Under the pieces are notes generated by a model. It did no database searches. It was not told the DNA's origin and worked only from the letters and a program-made list of their open reading frames with translations. DNA of 64,000 nt from a virus (lineage: Duplodnaviria; Caudoviricetes). Where the stretch lies: positions 1-64,000 of the IMG/VR virus record IMGVR_UViG_3300032319_000326; one strand, written 5' to 3'. This document shows positions 33,607-45,185 of this stretch, one piece after another. Every line of letters starts with the position of its first letter. Position 1 is the first letter of the stretch. The position numbers were made by a program, and so were the translations under genes.

Positions 33607-33607
33607 T

Positions 33608-34081
33608 ATGGCAAATATCCCATTAAATTACGATGTAGCCGTTGATGAAGTTGATAATTTCAAGAGTTTCGGTACTTTCACTAATAATACAGATTCATTC
33701 GGAAATCTACAGTTGGTATATTCAGTTGCACAATCTGTTAATGCAAACGTTAGTTATGTAAAAATACCATTAAAAACGTTTGTTTATAATGAAAATAAAA
33801 TTGTAGATTCCAATACCTCGGATTTTACGGAATTACAAACACCTGAAATACAACAAAAACGCAACGTTAATGAAATATTGCAACAATATAATGAACTGTT
33901 AGCAGAAAATCGAATTTTGAACGAAACTGTTAATAGTCTTGTTGAGAAATATGAAAATAACGATGATAAACAAGTAATCAACGCACAGAAAACCACAATA
34001 CTAAATTTAAGAATACAACTTGGCCAAGGAAATGTTCCTTCAGATTTCTCCGACGATTTTCCGTTTTTACCACTAGTATAA
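33608..34081 (+). CDS. structural-module protein with coiled coil
   Basis: tight operon coupling. Confidence 0.8.
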   Translation: MANIPLNYDVAVDEVDNFKSFGTFTNNTDSFGNLQLVYSVAQSVNANVSYVKIPLKTFVYNENKIVDSNTSDFTELQTPEIQQKRNVNEILQQYNELLAENRILNETVNSLVEKYENNDDKQVINAQKTTILNLRIQLGQGNVPSDFSDDFPFLPLV

Positions 34082-34082
34082 T

Positions 34083-37000
34083 ATGCCTTACGATTATTTA
34101 ACAATCAACGAACAAGATTTACCTTACGGTATAGTAAGTGCTTCATATTTAACTACCGATTTACAATCGTTGTATGAACAACAAATTTTGAATTCCGAAT
34201 CTTTCTTTGGAGATTCAAACGACGATATTATTGAATTAAGTATTTATAATAGCAATCAACAACCAATTTTATTTAATAGAATAATTCCCACTACGACATA
34301 TAGTATTGTTGAATCAAAGTATCGAGACATTAATAATGTACAGAGATCATATAGAGTAGCAAATCCATTTACAAATTATGCGTTATATGAAAATGAATTA
34401 TTATTACATACACAATTTGATTTAAGAGTAAACGAATTAAGTCCTGGTCTATATTACACTTTGTATAACCCAGTAAAAAACATTGCTGGTAATTTAATCA
34501 ATCGATTATTCATTAAAGAAATCTCTCCTAGCAGAACGGAAATTCGTTTGTCTTTTGCTTTTAATACAACTTTAAATGAAAGTGCTAGATTAGATTCGGT
34601 TAAAATTTCATCGTTCGCTGATAAAAAGTATGTATTCTTACAGATTGTAGATGAAATAATTCCTATAATTAATAAAAATCCAATCGATAATAATTTCAAT
34701 TTGGAACGTGACAATTTTAATTATTTTAAATACGCACAATTACTAGGTTTTAAATCTGTCGCTGAGTTACAAGAATATATCAACTTGATTTATATTGGAT
34801 ATGATAAAACTATAAATTTATCAGTTGATCCAGATTCAACCATAAATCAAAATGTTAAGTTTGTTGGTATATCAGATCAATTAAAAAACTTTGTTTACCA
34901 ATATAATGATGTAGAATTTAGTCAAGATGAAATTCTAAGTGCTTTTCAAATAATTGTAACTAAAGTAAGTCAAGATGCAATCCTTCAAAGAACCACATTA
35001 ACAAATGTTGATTTACAAGAAATATTAAATGTATTTGTAACAATAATTTTTAACGATTGGATATCTCTAAAAACAACTGAGTTATTGACAAATTACTATG
35101 ATAAGTTTTATGGATTCTTTAAGAATGCTTTAAATTTTGACAATGGTAATTTAGTTAAAATTTTAAATCACAGCAGTTATTTAAATCCTGTAGATGGCAG
35201 AATTAATATCCAAATTAAACTTGATCAGCCACTTCCGTCTCAGTATACTTTAAAAGATACATGTTGGATATCTAATATATCGTTGTCGCCAATATACTTT
35301 AAAACTAATTTATATACATCTCCTATTTCTAGAAAAGTATATTTGAACGGAGTTAATTTTAGCGTTGTTGTACCAACTGTAAATCCTACAAATGATGTAT
35401 TTACAGATAATAAACCAAATACCATATTTGCAGCAGAGTCTCGCTTACAACAAAAAATAAATGATTTGTTGATAAACTATAATAATTTTGATAATTTTAT
35501 TAATTTTTCCTCTGCTGAGTTAAGAACCAAAATTGCTAAAAGTAAATTAGTTACATATCAATCGTATAATTCTACGAAAAATACTCTTAAAATTAATGCG
35601 GCAGCAACAACGAATCTATCAATATCAGCTTCGTATTCACAAGATTTGAATATTGTTATCAAAGAACAAATTTCTCTATTGGATAGTTTTGATGAATACG
35701 AATCGTATTTATTTTATTATACGGGAAGCATTGATGATAAACTTACGGATGGTGTAACTTACGATAAAAATAATTTTAATAGTTTATTTTATCAATTACC
35801 AGATTATATTAAAAGTGAATCTGTATATGGTGATTACGTAAAATTCACAGCAATGGTAGGTCACTTCTTTGATAATATTTTGGTGTTTATCAAAAAGTTT
35901 CCCAAATCATATCCAATTGATTATAATGATAACAATCATTATCCAAAGAATTATATAGAAGAATTATTAAATAATTTTAATTGGGACGTTACAAATGTTA
36001 AGTTTAATAAAAGTAATATTAGTCAGTTATTATTTAACCAAACACAATTAACAGGAAGTTTATCGTCTTCATATTTTAATTATGCAAAATCAATTTTCAA
36101 TCGTATAACAAACAACCTACCTTACATTTATAAAACAAAAGGTACATCCGATTCATTTAATTTGATTAGAAGTATATTTGGCATTTCTTCAGATCTAATC
36201 AATGTTGTTGAATATACAAGTCCTGACGTTTTGACTAATAGAACTGCATTTTATGACTTTGATGACGTAATATATGCTACTGAATTTGATAACAACCAAT
36301 ACATTAAATTTAACTTTACCGGTAGCGAATATAAATTGTTTGCTGGTCAGAAATTTTACAGTGGAAGTACATTTAATCAATTGACACAATCCGTTGTAGA
36401 AAGATTTACAGGTGTATCTACAGTAGAATGTACATTTAGATCAAATAATCCTACGGTATATAATTTCAGAGATAGAATTCCTGTAATTAAAAAGTTAAGA
36501 AATAAAAAGGTTGATTGGCAAGTTTATTTGTATAAAACAAAACAAGAACAATCTGCTAAATTGGTGTTTGAGTTTACTCCTAAAGAATCACATACAACAT
36601 CCAGTATTTCCAGCATTGAAATGCCATATTTAAATGGCGATTTCTATACATTCATGTTAAAAAAACAACCAAATGATACTATAGAATTTGATGCTCTTTA
36701 TATAATTTCTCAATCAAATGCTTTTACACAGTCATTAACATCATCAGCAGCTGATAAATATGTTCCTCATACATACACATTGCTGGTGAATCAATATTAT
36801 GGTAGCCAATTAAATTTTACAGATACACAAAAGAAAACTATATTATATAATCAAAATCAATACTTTTCTTCCGGAAGTTATTATGTAGGAAATTTTTCTA
36901 GTTCTATAAATTTTCTTGGTAATATTGATAAAATTAAAATTCAAAAGTATGCATTGAGTGATAGTGATTTTCAAGAACATTCATACAATCTAAACTCAAT

Positions 37001-38525
37001 TTCAATACCAGAAAAATCGTTGATTTATGAGAATATGTATTATTTATGGTCGTTTGATACGCCTGTGAATTTATATGGAAATCCGGCTATTATTCCGAAT
37101 CAGAATAATAGATATAATACGCAATTTTACACGTATAATTTTCAAAGAAATTCTGTAATATCTGGAGCTCCTATTTGTGATACCATATTAACAGATATTT
37201 TTCCATACCAATTTGAAAAATTTAATGTTAAACAAGCGATCAATTCAAATAGATACGGGCCAAATTATAAAGCTAATGCAAATATTACTAAGATTAGCCA
37301 ATCTGTAAATTCTAATTTGGTACCGTATGAATACACTACATATACAACTGACATTTTGGGAAGTGATTCTAATTTGGTCGGGTATTATATATCACCATAT
37401 AGTTATTTAAATAACAAGATAGAAGACTTTTTAGGTAAGGAAGGCATCAGTGATATAATCGGAGATCCTAAGTATCTCACATCAAGAAACTATCCAGAAC
37501 TAAAATTGCGACAGAAGGAATTTTCCGCAGCTAACATCAAGTATACGTATCCACAAGAGTATTATAGTACATATAGATTTTATATCGACTTCTCTATATT
37601 TGATTTTATTAAAAAACTAACACCTGCTCGTAGTACTTTGAAGACAGGTCTATTATTAGAACCTTCAATATTTGAACGTGTAAAATTTAATTATAAGGAT
37701 GCTATATTTTCTCCATTGGATCCAAATACAACATCAAGTCTAATATCGTTCAATATCAATCCTAAATTCACTTCATCGTTGTTAGATACAAATGATACAT
37801 CCAGTTATTCTATAATAGATATCACCGGTATAAACACTCTCAAACGTGATAATGATACTTATAATTTCTCTTTGTTTGAAGTTAAAGACGTTGTTGATGA
37901 TAGAGATTTTATTTTTTCTAAATTTGGCAAAAATGTATATGTAAATTCTAACGGTTACAATTTACGAGATGTGATTAAATATCCTACACACGACTATTAT
38001 TTATCAACAAATAATACAGGATCATCAACTGTAATATTTACGTCTAGTTATGATTTAATTCAATCAATTGGATCTGGATCCGGTAAACTAACAAATCAAA
38101 TAACAGGTAGCAATTCTTTTAAGAACCTTTATAGTGGTTCATCTGGTAATGGTTATTCAGAAAGACATTTGAGTAAATTTGTAAGAGTCGGTACACGTGT
38201 CAAAAAACAAGCAGTATCAGGTTCATTCTACAAAATTATAAATGGTATCAAACTAGTATCTGCCGGCGCATTAACTTATTATACATACATAAAAGGTAGA
38301 AATGACATATCTACGACGGTAAATCGTAAGGGATTGCCAAATGGAAGTTCTCCTATTATTACAATACCGGGCTTCTTAAGCGTAGATATTGAAAGTGATA
38401 ATTTTCCTAAGTATGGTACATTAACGGGTTCGGTCGGCGATCCAAATAGTTTGTTTGTACAACAACCACTAACATGTTCCACATGTGCGAGTGCTAGTAT
38501 GAACAATTATATTATGAATTTATAA
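34083..38525 (+). CDS. large baseplate/tail structural protein
   Basis: 1480 aa; EISPSRTEIRL, NNLPYIYKTKGT. Confidence 0.75.
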   Translation: MPYDYLTINEQDLPYGIVSASYLTTDLQSLYEQQILNSESFFGDSNDDIIELSIYNSNQQPILFNRIIPTTTYSIVESKYRDINNVQRSYRVANPFTNYALYENELLLHTQFDLRVNELSPGLYYTLYNPVKNIAGNLINRLFIKEISPSRTEIRLSFAFNTTLNESARLDSVKISSFADKKYVFLQIVDEIIPIINKNPIDNNFNLERDNFNYFKYAQLLGFKSVAELQEYINLIYIGYDKTINLSVDPDSTINQNVKFVGISDQLKNFVYQYNDVEFSQDEILSAFQIIVTKVSQDAILQRTTLTNVDLQEILNVFVTIIFNDWISLKTTELLTNYYDKFYGFFKNALNFDNGNLVKILNHSSYLNPVDGRINIQIKLDQPLPSQYTLKDTCWISNISLSPIYFKTNLYTSPISRKVYLNGVNFSVVVPTVNPTNDVFTDNKPNTIFAAESRLQQKINDLLINYNNFDNFINFSSAELRTKIAKSKLVTYQSYNSTKNTLKINAAATTNLSISASYSQDLNIVIKEQISLLDSFDEYESYLFYYTGSIDDKLTDGVTYDKNNFNSLFYQLPDYIKSESVYGDYVKFTAMVGHFFDNILVFIKKFPKSYPIDYNDNNHYPKNYIEELLNNFNWDVTNVKFNKSNISQLLFNQTQLTGSLSSSYFNYAKSIFNRITNNLPYIYKTKGTSDSFNLIRSIFGISSDLINVVEYTSPDVLTNRTAFYDFDDVIYATEFDNNQYIKFNFTGSEYKLFAGQKFYSGSTFNQLTQSVVERFTGVSTVECTFRSNNPTVYNFRDRIPVIKKLRNKKVDWQVYLYKTKQEQSAKLVFEFTPKESHTTSSISSIEMPYLNGDFYTFMLKKQPNDTIEFDALYIISQSNAFTQSLTSSAADKYVPHTYTLLVNQYYGSQLNFTDTQKKTILYNQNQYFSSGSYYVGNFSSSINFLGNIDKIKIQKYALSDSDFQEHSYNLNSISIPEKSLIYENMYYLWSFDTPVNLYGNPAIIPNQNNRYNTQFYTYNFQRNSVISGAPICDTILTDIFPYQFEKFNVKQAINSNRYGPNYKANANITKISQSVNSNLVPYEYTTYTTDILGSDSNLVGYYISPYSYLNNKIEDFLGKEGISDIIGDPKYLTSRNYPELKLRQKEFSAANIKYTYPQEYYSTYRFYIDFSIFDFIKKLTPARSTLKTGLLLEPSIFERVKFNYKDAIFSPLDPNTTSSLISFNINPKFTSSLLDTNDTSSYSIIDITGINTLKRDNDTYNFSLFEVKDVVDDRDFIFSKFGKNVYVNSNGYNLRDVIKYPTHDYYLSTNNTGSSTVIFTSSYDLIQSIGSGSGKLTNQITGSNSFKNLYSGSSGNGYSERHLSKFVRVGTRVKKQAVSGSFYKIINGIKLVSAGALTYYTYIKGRNDISTTVNRKGLPNGSSPIITIPGFLSVDIESDNFPKYGTLTGSVGDPNSLFVQQPLTCSTCASASMNNYIMNL

Positions 38526-38574
38526 TACAATTTTTGATTAAAAACAGAAAACGATTGATAATTATTTAATATAT

Positions 38575-39216
38575 ATGGCATACCTTAATAACAACGTTCT
38601 TACAGTCAACGCGATTTTGACAAAAAAGGGTCGTGAAGTATTGGCAAAGACAGGCGGATTAAACATTACAGCCTTCGCTTTAGCCGACGACGAAATAGAT
38701 TATACACAGTTTAATCCAACTCACCCTATGGGAAGTGCATACTTTGATATTGCAATTCGTAATACTCCAATTATGGAGCCGGTTACAGATGAAACGCAAA
38801 CTATGAAGTATAAGTTAGTAACATTAAATGACGGCGTTACTTCAGTACCAACTATCAGTATAGCACCACCTGTAATTTCAGTACCACGTACTTATACAGC
38901 TGCAATTGATATTGTTCCAAATACAAACCCAGTTTACAATGTAACATTGGGTTATACCGCAATTTTGGCAAATAAAAATGTAGGTACGCTCGTAGTAACT
39001 GAAACGAATAGTTTGAATTCTGCTACAGCAACCATTCCTACATTTGCAGGCGATCTAGCTTCACAAGCTTCACAGGTTGTTGTTGGTAATAAATTCCGAT
39101 TTATACCAAATAGTTCATTGTCAAAGACAACTACCACAAACATTACATTAATTGGTAACGAAAGTGGTGGTAGTGCTTCAATCAACGTTACTGTAAGTGT
39201 ACCAACTACGAACTAA
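38575..39216 (+). CDS. baseplate/tail-associated protein
   Basis: AILTKKGRE...FALADDEIDY. Confidence 0.75.
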   Translation: MAYLNNNVLTVNAILTKKGREVLAKTGGLNITAFALADDEIDYTQFNPTHPMGSAYFDIAIRNTPIMEPVTDETQTMKYKLVTLNDGVTSVPTISIAPPVISVPRTYTAAIDIVPNTNPVYNVTLGYTAILANKNVGTLVVTETNSLNSATATIPTFAGDLASQASQVVVGNKFRFIPNSSLSKTTTTNITLIGNESGGSASINVTVSVPTTN

Positions 39217-39222
39217 TAAATT

Positions 39223-40344
39223 ATGATATTTACTCCCTTTACTCAAGACGATGTAGTAGCCGGTAGAATTAACCAAGTGTCCTCAGGTATGTTTGGTACC
39301 GGTAGTTTGACTGTTGCACAATCTACATTCATATCCGCCTCTGCCCAAGCCAACGTAGTAACAGGATCAGGTCCGTTTGACGTTAAAAACGGACAATATT
39401 ACATAGACATGTATAGTGGTGGAGATCAATATTTCTCTGTAGCATACGGCGACTTTTATAATTCAGGCAGTAGTTATTTTGATTATTCAGGACAAAGTAT
39501 AGCTAAAGTATTTACAAACGAAACTAAAGTTATTTATACACAGTATAAGAACACGTTGTTACAACCAGGCGACACATATTTTAGCTTTGCGTCTAGTAGT
39601 GTGGACTCACCAACTGATAGTTCTGCAATTTTTGTGATTAATTATGTTGCTGATAAATTCCAAGATCAAATTGATCCAGGACAAATTCAAGTAAATTTTA
39701 GTGGATCCCGTGGCCAATATTCTTACATCGATGATTCCCAAGTTGTAAATACACAACAAAATGTGTATAATTTGATTTCAGGATCAATTATCAATGGCGT
39801 ACCAACTCCATTTACTAAAGGCAGCACAGTATCGGCTGTTTACGAGGGAATTGGTTTATTTTATCCGACAACAGGCATTGTTGTATTAAATGCAATCAAG
39901 TTGGATGCAAAGGTCGGTATTACACCTACGAGTCCTAGCGGCAGTCCACAAATTACATCTACACGACCATCTAACGCTACATCTACTCAGTTTAAAAATT
40001 ATTGGAGAGATTGGATTCGTAAATTCTATAATTCTTTAAGAAAATCTACCCGTAATATGGCTGTAAGAAAAAGTGAGTTTGTACCTTCTACAAATTACTT
40101 CATACGAGTCAAAAATAAAGAATTTAACTATAGTAACAATCCAACGTTTGTTTCTGACGGTAGTGACGGTCAGACAAAGGGTACAATTATTTATCCACAG
40201 TTAATAAGTAATCCGCGCACTTATATTACTACGATTGGTTTATATGACACCAACAATGAACTGTTGGCAGTAGGCAAACTAAGCAAACCTACACAGAAAT
40301 CGTTTGATAACGAATTGTTGATTAAGTGTAGAATTGATTTTTAA
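39223..40344 (+). CDS. baseplate/tail-associated protein
   Basis: C-terminal YITTIGLYD...LLAVGKLSKP. Confidence 0.75.
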   Translation: MIFTPFTQDDVVAGRINQVSSGMFGTGSLTVAQSTFISASAQANVVTGSGPFDVKNGQYYIDMYSGGDQYFSVAYGDFYNSGSSYFDYSGQSIAKVFTNETKVIYTQYKNTLLQPGDTYFSFASSSVDSPTDSSAIFVINYVADKFQDQIDPGQIQVNFSGSRGQYSYIDDSQVVNTQQNVYNLISGSIINGVPTPFTKGSTVSAVYEGIGLFYPTTGIVVLNAIKLDAKVGITPTSPSGSPQITSTRPSNATSTQFKNYWRDWIRKFYNSLRKSTRNMAVRKSEFVPSTNYFIRVKNKEFNYSNNPTFVSDGSDGQTKGTIIYPQLISNPRTYITTIGLYDTNNELLAVGKLSKPTQKSFDNELLIKCRIDF

Positions 40345-40379
40345 TTTAAATAAGTTTAATTTTTCCTATTTATATTGGG

Positions 40380-41105
40380 ATGATTAAATTTCTTAAAAAT
40401 CAAGATATACAGACTACTACATTTGCTGTAGCGAAGAAAAATGTCGCGAATAATATATTTAACGACCTTATTCTTGCTAGTGACGGAACGTATGATTTTC
40501 CATTAATTATTCCTATACAACAATGTGATTATAACTATAACAGTTTACAAACAGGATCATTTGCTTCGTTAAATTATAACTGTGTCGGAAGTGTATATAA
40601 TACAAATGGATTTTTAGCTAGCTCTCAATTTACAGATCAAAACAATCCATCTTTTAGATTGGGTTTAAAAGTACCATCAAGTTCAGTTTTTTATCCTATA
40701 GGAGATCCAAACTACAATCAACTCGTTAATCCTACGAACTTAGACGGTACATATCAAGGACAGGTTTATAATACGGTTAAAAATATGTATTATAATAATT
40801 ACAATAATGCATATCAACAATTTGGATTTGATGGATATGATACTTCTTTAACCGAGTTAAACCTAGATGATAAGTTTATAAGTTACACACTTAATATTAC
40901 TCAAAGTGGTGATAGAATTAGACCAAAAAGCGTTTTGATAAATAATCAAACCGGAGATATAGTTGCATACATAGTAGACGACGGAAATCATAACTTATAT
41001 TTGTCAGGTTCATATTTTGTAAATGGGTTTGAATTGAACACCAACAATACAGCATCAACTGTTAATTATTGTTATCAAGGAATTGGTAGATATCTGTGTA
41101 GTTGA
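40380..41105 (+). CDS. structural-module protein
   Basis: late motif upstream; IVDDGNHNL. Confidence 0.7.
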   Translation: MIKFLKNQDIQTTTFAVAKKNVANNIFNDLILASDGTYDFPLIIPIQQCDYNYNSLQTGSFASLNYNCVGSVYNTNGFLASSQFTDQNNPSFRLGLKVPSSSVFYPIGDPNYNQLVNPTNLDGTYQGQVYNTVKNMYYNNYNNAYQQFGFDGYDTSLTELNLDDKFISYTLNITQSGDRIRPKSVLINNQTGDIVAYIVDDGNHNLYLSGSYFVNGFELNTNNTASTVNYCYQGIGRYLCS

Positions 41106-41171
41106 AAATATAAAAAATGTCGGTCAAATTTAAGTAGTTAATAATCACAGAAACAAATATTTATATACATA

Positions 41172-43811
41172 ATGTCTACTTTAGAAAACATATATAATCA
41201 GAACTATGGCACAGTCGTTTGTACCAATGGTGATTATGTTGCTGTTGGAAATCCAGTCGATCAAAACTACGAAAATTGTCAAGGATATGGTAAAATTGGT
41301 CAGGTATTGCTTTATAGAAAAGATAATTACTTAAATCAGTATAAGCTTTCAAACATTATTACTAACAAGACATATAGTAATAATGGAACTTTGTTAACAT
41401 ATTATACTGAACAAAGTAGCAGTGCTGTATTTACAGCTTCTTTTATTAAAGACGACGGTACTCTTAACAGTGTAGCTACAACTTGTAGTTATCTAGTTGT
41501 AGAATCGGATACTGAAGATATTTATCAATCAAAATATGGATACTCACTTGATTTATCTACATATTTCTTGGCGGTGGGAGATTACGGATCGATTAATAGT
41601 TATTATTCAGGATTAACATCTTCAAAAGCATCTGTATCAGTATATGAAATTAATCCAAACTACACATATGACGTTACTTCCAGCGTCACAGCTGTGCAAA
41701 CGTCTGATTATCAAAGTTTGGAGACATACGTAGTCAATGAAATTCCTATATGCGTAATTACAGGATCTTCAAACATTCAATTTGGTAAGAGTTTAATCAT
41801 TTCAAATAATTATTTGGCAGTAGGTGCGCCGTTATTTAACGGTGGACGAGGTGCTGTGTATATATACAAATACACGGATTCGGATTGTAGATATTCTCTT
41901 CAAAAAATATTAAGTTGTAGTGTTGGTTCTTATCCATATCAATACGGATTTGGATTTTCTATTAGTATAGATAAGAAGAATGAGAACACATTGGTAATTG
42001 GTAGTAATCAATTATCACAATCAAATGTTTATTTGTATCAAACATCATCTACTGATTGGAAGTTAACACAAGTATTTTCTCAAAACACAAGTTCACAATA
42101 TTATAAATTACAAGGAGCTACATTTGAATTATTTCCAAGCGGCAGCCAAATTAATACACGATTTGGATATTCGGTTTCGATGTATGATACCGTATTGGCA
42201 ATCGGTTCTCCAAATGATTTGATATATTGGGAATATTCCGGATCGAACGTATTACGACAACGTGGTAGTGTTTATGTTTATCAAAATCAACAATGTGCAG
42301 CTGATACAAACAGTGGATTTCAATTACTAACCAAATTATACGGAGATGACGTAACATTTAAAGATAATTTATTTGGTTATTCTGTATCTGTACATAACAA
42401 AAAGTTATTGATTGGGTCTCCAAAACCATATTTTCCATTTAGTTCACTCTTTGTTTCAAGTTCAATAAATTATTATGATTTAACATTCGATCAATATGAT
42501 TTTGGTGAATCTACATATTGTGGTCAGAGTTTGTTGTATTATGTAACAGGATCTGTAATTAATCAGCTTACTACAGATCCAATTTCAAAAAGAAAAGAAA
42601 TTGGCAAACCATTTAACTCGTTTGGTTATAGCGTTTCGGTTTCAGATCAAAATGTTGTAATCGGAGCTCCTATACCTCTTAATGATGATTTTTATTTGTC
42701 AGGAATACTAATTACAGAATCTGGTAGTAGAAGTAATTTAACTTATTTACTAACATCTTCATATCAAAGTGAAGATTGTAATACCACTTCAAGTTTTGTG
42801 TATCTTCAGATGGAAGATTGTATAAGTTGTGATCCGAGTGGACCGATAAGCGGTGCTTTAAGTGGTGCTCTAAGCGGTGCTTGTAATAATATAATCGTAT
42901 TTGTCGATGAACAGGGTGATACTGAATTTGCAGCAAATTCTATTTTTGGTAAAACGTACATATATAATTTAACGGATTTACAAAAAAATTATAATGTCGG
43001 AAATATATTTTATAATACCAACACATTAATCATTAACAATTCCGGAAGTTTATTGAAGAATTTGACGTTAGATCCTACAAATGATAAAAATACATATTTG
43101 TACATGGAATATCAAAGTCAAATTTCTTTACATGAAAAACAGTATATTTGTACTATAGAACCAGGCGAGTTCAATGTATCTACAAATCCTACATCGTTAA
43201 CTGCTTCTTTATTCGATTATGGTGTAATTAATACTAAGACATTTGATTTTGATAATCTAGATATTATTTTACGTTATATTAATTATAGAATCTCAATTGA
43301 TGGATCTGAAAAATGGTGGAATAATTTTGTAGGAGGAAATATTGACGAATCAATATTTAATTTTTATAGTTCTTCGTATTTTAACTATGAAGAAAATCGA
43401 TTAACGGAAGCCCTGAAAGTTAAATGTAGTTCACTTGATTTTGACGTAAATGGAGACGGTATTGCTAACAGTCAAGATGGATCTGCAATTTGGAAGTATT
43501 TTATTCAAGATTTCACAATAAACAATTATCAGAATTATACGAACCAACGATCAAATCGTAAAAATTATGATGATATGTTTAGTTTTTTAAATAAAAAGAC
43601 AGGCAAATTTAGTACCTCTACAATAAAGACGGATTTCTTTAGTTATAATTTAAGTTCCTCATATGATCCAACAGGATCGTATTTAGCACCTTATATAACT
43701 ACCGTAGGTCTATATAGTGGTGCAGAATTGGTTGCTATAGCAAAGTTAGCCGCTCCAATTAAAAATACAGGCGAGATTCCTATTAATATTGTTATTAAAT
43801 GGGACACTTAA
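41172..43811 (+). CDS. FG-GAP beta-propeller virion protein
   Basis: repeated FGYSVS...IGAP; DVNGDG Ca-binding loop; C-terminus paralogous to 39223. Confidence 0.8.
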   Translation: MSTLENIYNQNYGTVVCTNGDYVAVGNPVDQNYENCQGYGKIGQVLLYRKDNYLNQYKLSNIITNKTYSNNGTLLTYYTEQSSSAVFTASFIKDDGTLNSVATTCSYLVVESDTEDIYQSKYGYSLDLSTYFLAVGDYGSINSYYSGLTSSKASVSVYEINPNYTYDVTSSVTAVQTSDYQSLETYVVNEIPICVITGSSNIQFGKSLIISNNYLAVGAPLFNGGRGAVYIYKYTDSDCRYSLQKILSCSVGSYPYQYGFGFSISIDKKNENTLVIGSNQLSQSNVYLYQTSSTDWKLTQVFSQNTSSQYYKLQGATFELFPSGSQINTRFGYSVSMYDTVLAIGSPNDLIYWEYSGSNVLRQRGSVYVYQNQQCAADTNSGFQLLTKLYGDDVTFKDNLFGYSVSVHNKKLLIGSPKPYFPFSSLFVSSSINYYDLTFDQYDFGESTYCGQSLLYYVTGSVINQLTTDPISKRKEIGKPFNSFGYSVSVSDQNVVIGAPIPLNDDFYLSGILITESGSRSNLTYLLTSSYQSEDCNTTSSFVYLQMEDCISCDPSGPISGALSGALSGACNNIIVFVDEQGDTEFAANSIFGKTYIYNLTDLQKNYNVGNIFYNTNTLIINNSGSLLKNLTLDPTNDKNTYLYMEYQSQISLHEKQYICTIEPGEFNVSTNPTSLTASLFDYGVINTKTFDFDNLDIILRYINYRISIDGSEKWWNNFVGGNIDESIFNFYSSSYFNYEENRLTEALKVKCSSLDFDVNGDGIANSQDGSAIWKYFIQDFTINNYQNYTNQRSNRKNYDDMFSFLNKKTGKFSTSTIKTDFFSYNLSSSYDPTGSYLAPYITTVGLYSGAELVAIAKLAAPIKNTGEIPINIVIKWDT

Positions 43812-43837
43812 TTATATTTATTATAAAATAGACATTT

Positions 43838-44332
43838 ATGGCAACAATCGCTTCAGATACTTCAAAAATCAACCGTACATCCTTAGCTAAGGGACTCGGA
43901 GATCTTTATCTTTCAAAGTCTCCAGCCGGAGGAGCTTTTTCGGCATATGATGCTGGTAATAACACAATGATTCAAGGTGTAAGTACACCATATGGATTTA
44001 CTCAAAAATCAAGAGAATACACGGTTACCCCAGGGTTTAAAGTCGGTGCAACTACCGGTACAGAAAACTTTAATGGTAAGGCTCTGAACTACAGCGATAA
44101 CACGAATAACGGTCCTGTATTAACTTCAGGTGTAAATAAGATTTCTACAAATTGGAATGGTCAAGCATCTTTGCAAGATGCTCTTTATACTAAAGACCCA
44201 GGATTTAGATTAAAAACTACGTTCGGATCTAGTCAATTCAAAGATATATCAGGTCAACGATCACTTGAACTTTCACGTTATGTTAAAGGGTTTAATAGTA
44301 ACAAATATACTAACGGTTCATTCGGTCGGTAA
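43838..44332 (+). CDS. hypothetical late protein
   Basis: 164-aa ORF. Confidence 0.75.
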   Translation: MATIASDTSKINRTSLAKGLGDLYLSKSPAGGAFSAYDAGNNTMIQGVSTPYGFTQKSREYTVTPGFKVGATTGTENFNGKALNYSDNTNNGPVLTSGVNKISTNWNGQASLQDALYTKDPGFRLKTTFGSSQFKDISGQRSLELSRYVKGFNSNKYTNGSFGR

Positions 44333-44344
44333 TATATATTGTAA

Positions 44345-44386
44345 ATGGTTATATTAGGATTAGATTCATCTACATCAGTAACAGTT
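44345..44386 (+). pseudogene. orphaned 5' end of a ruvC-like gene
   Basis: translates MVILGLDSSTSVTV, an RNase H strand-1 motif. Confidence 0.6.
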
Positions 44387-44442
44387 ATAGTTTTGTACAA
44401 AAATTTGTATTTTTTTGTATATAATATGATATTTATTATTAT

Positions 44443-44574
44443 ATGAAACAAAAAGATTTAAAAACAGTAAGAATTCCACTTGAAATTTATAATTTATTAA
44501 AATTACATTGTGACAAAAAAGGATATAAAATATATAAATTTTTATCTGAATTAATAACTCAAAACGTAAAATAA
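44443..44574 (+). CDS. small ribbon-helix-helix-like protein (43 aa)
   Basis: hand translation MKQKDLKTVRIPLEIYNLLKLHCDKKGYKIYKFLSELITQNVK. Confidence 0.55.
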   Translation: MKQKDLKTVRIPLEIYNLLKLHCDKKGYKIYKFLSELITQNVK

Positions 44575-44580
44575 ATTGTT

Positions 44581-44710
44581 ATGCACTGCGATTTTTATGT
44601 TTATTGTTTAATTGATCCTGATGATAACATTCCGTTCTATGTTAAGAATATATAGAGGTGATAGAAAAACCTATAAAGGATATAAAAAATATGAATGTAT
44701 TGGGAATTGA
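44581..44710 (+). pseudogene. internally deleted GIY-YIG homing endonuclease remnant
   Basis: FYVYCLIDPDDNIPFYV followed out of frame by RKTYKGYK. Confidence 0.55.
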
Positions 44711-45185
44711 TTTATCATCTAGAATTTGCGGATATGCTATTTCTGAAAATGGTAAAATTATAGATGCTGGATTTATTGATATTTCAAAATATGATGCTTA
44801 TAAAGATAAGTCAAACGCAATTATTAATATATTAAAAAACAAATCATTTGATAAAATTCAAGTAGAGGAAACATTAGCTAATTTTTCTTTTGGAAGAACC
44901 AGTCAACAAACCATACTAAAACTAGCTATGAATAAAGCAGTTATATGTTATATATTAGAAGAAGAATTTAAAATCAAAATATCATCTATAAATGTTAATA
45001 CCATGCGAAAACAATTATTTGGTAAATGTAGAATAAAAGGAATCAAATCAAAAGATTTTGTTAGACAAGAACTTGAATTGCTTATGCCTGATGTTATAAA
45101 GTTTACTACACAAAATAAAAAAGGAAATTGGGACGAACGTAATGGTGATATGTACGACGCTATCGTTGCATCTCTTTTCAAATAA
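44691..45185 (+). CDS. ruvC: RuvC-like Holliday junction resolvase
   Basis: VLGIDLS, VEE, DMYDAIV. Confidence 0.75.
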   Translation: MNVLGIDLSSRICGYAISENGKIIDAGFIDISKYDAYKDKSNAIINILKNKSFDKIQVEETLANFSFGRTSQQTILKLAMNKAVICYILEEEFKIKISSINVNTMRKQLFGKCRIKGIKSKDFVRQELELLMPDVIKFTTQNKKGNWDERNGDMYDAIVASLFK

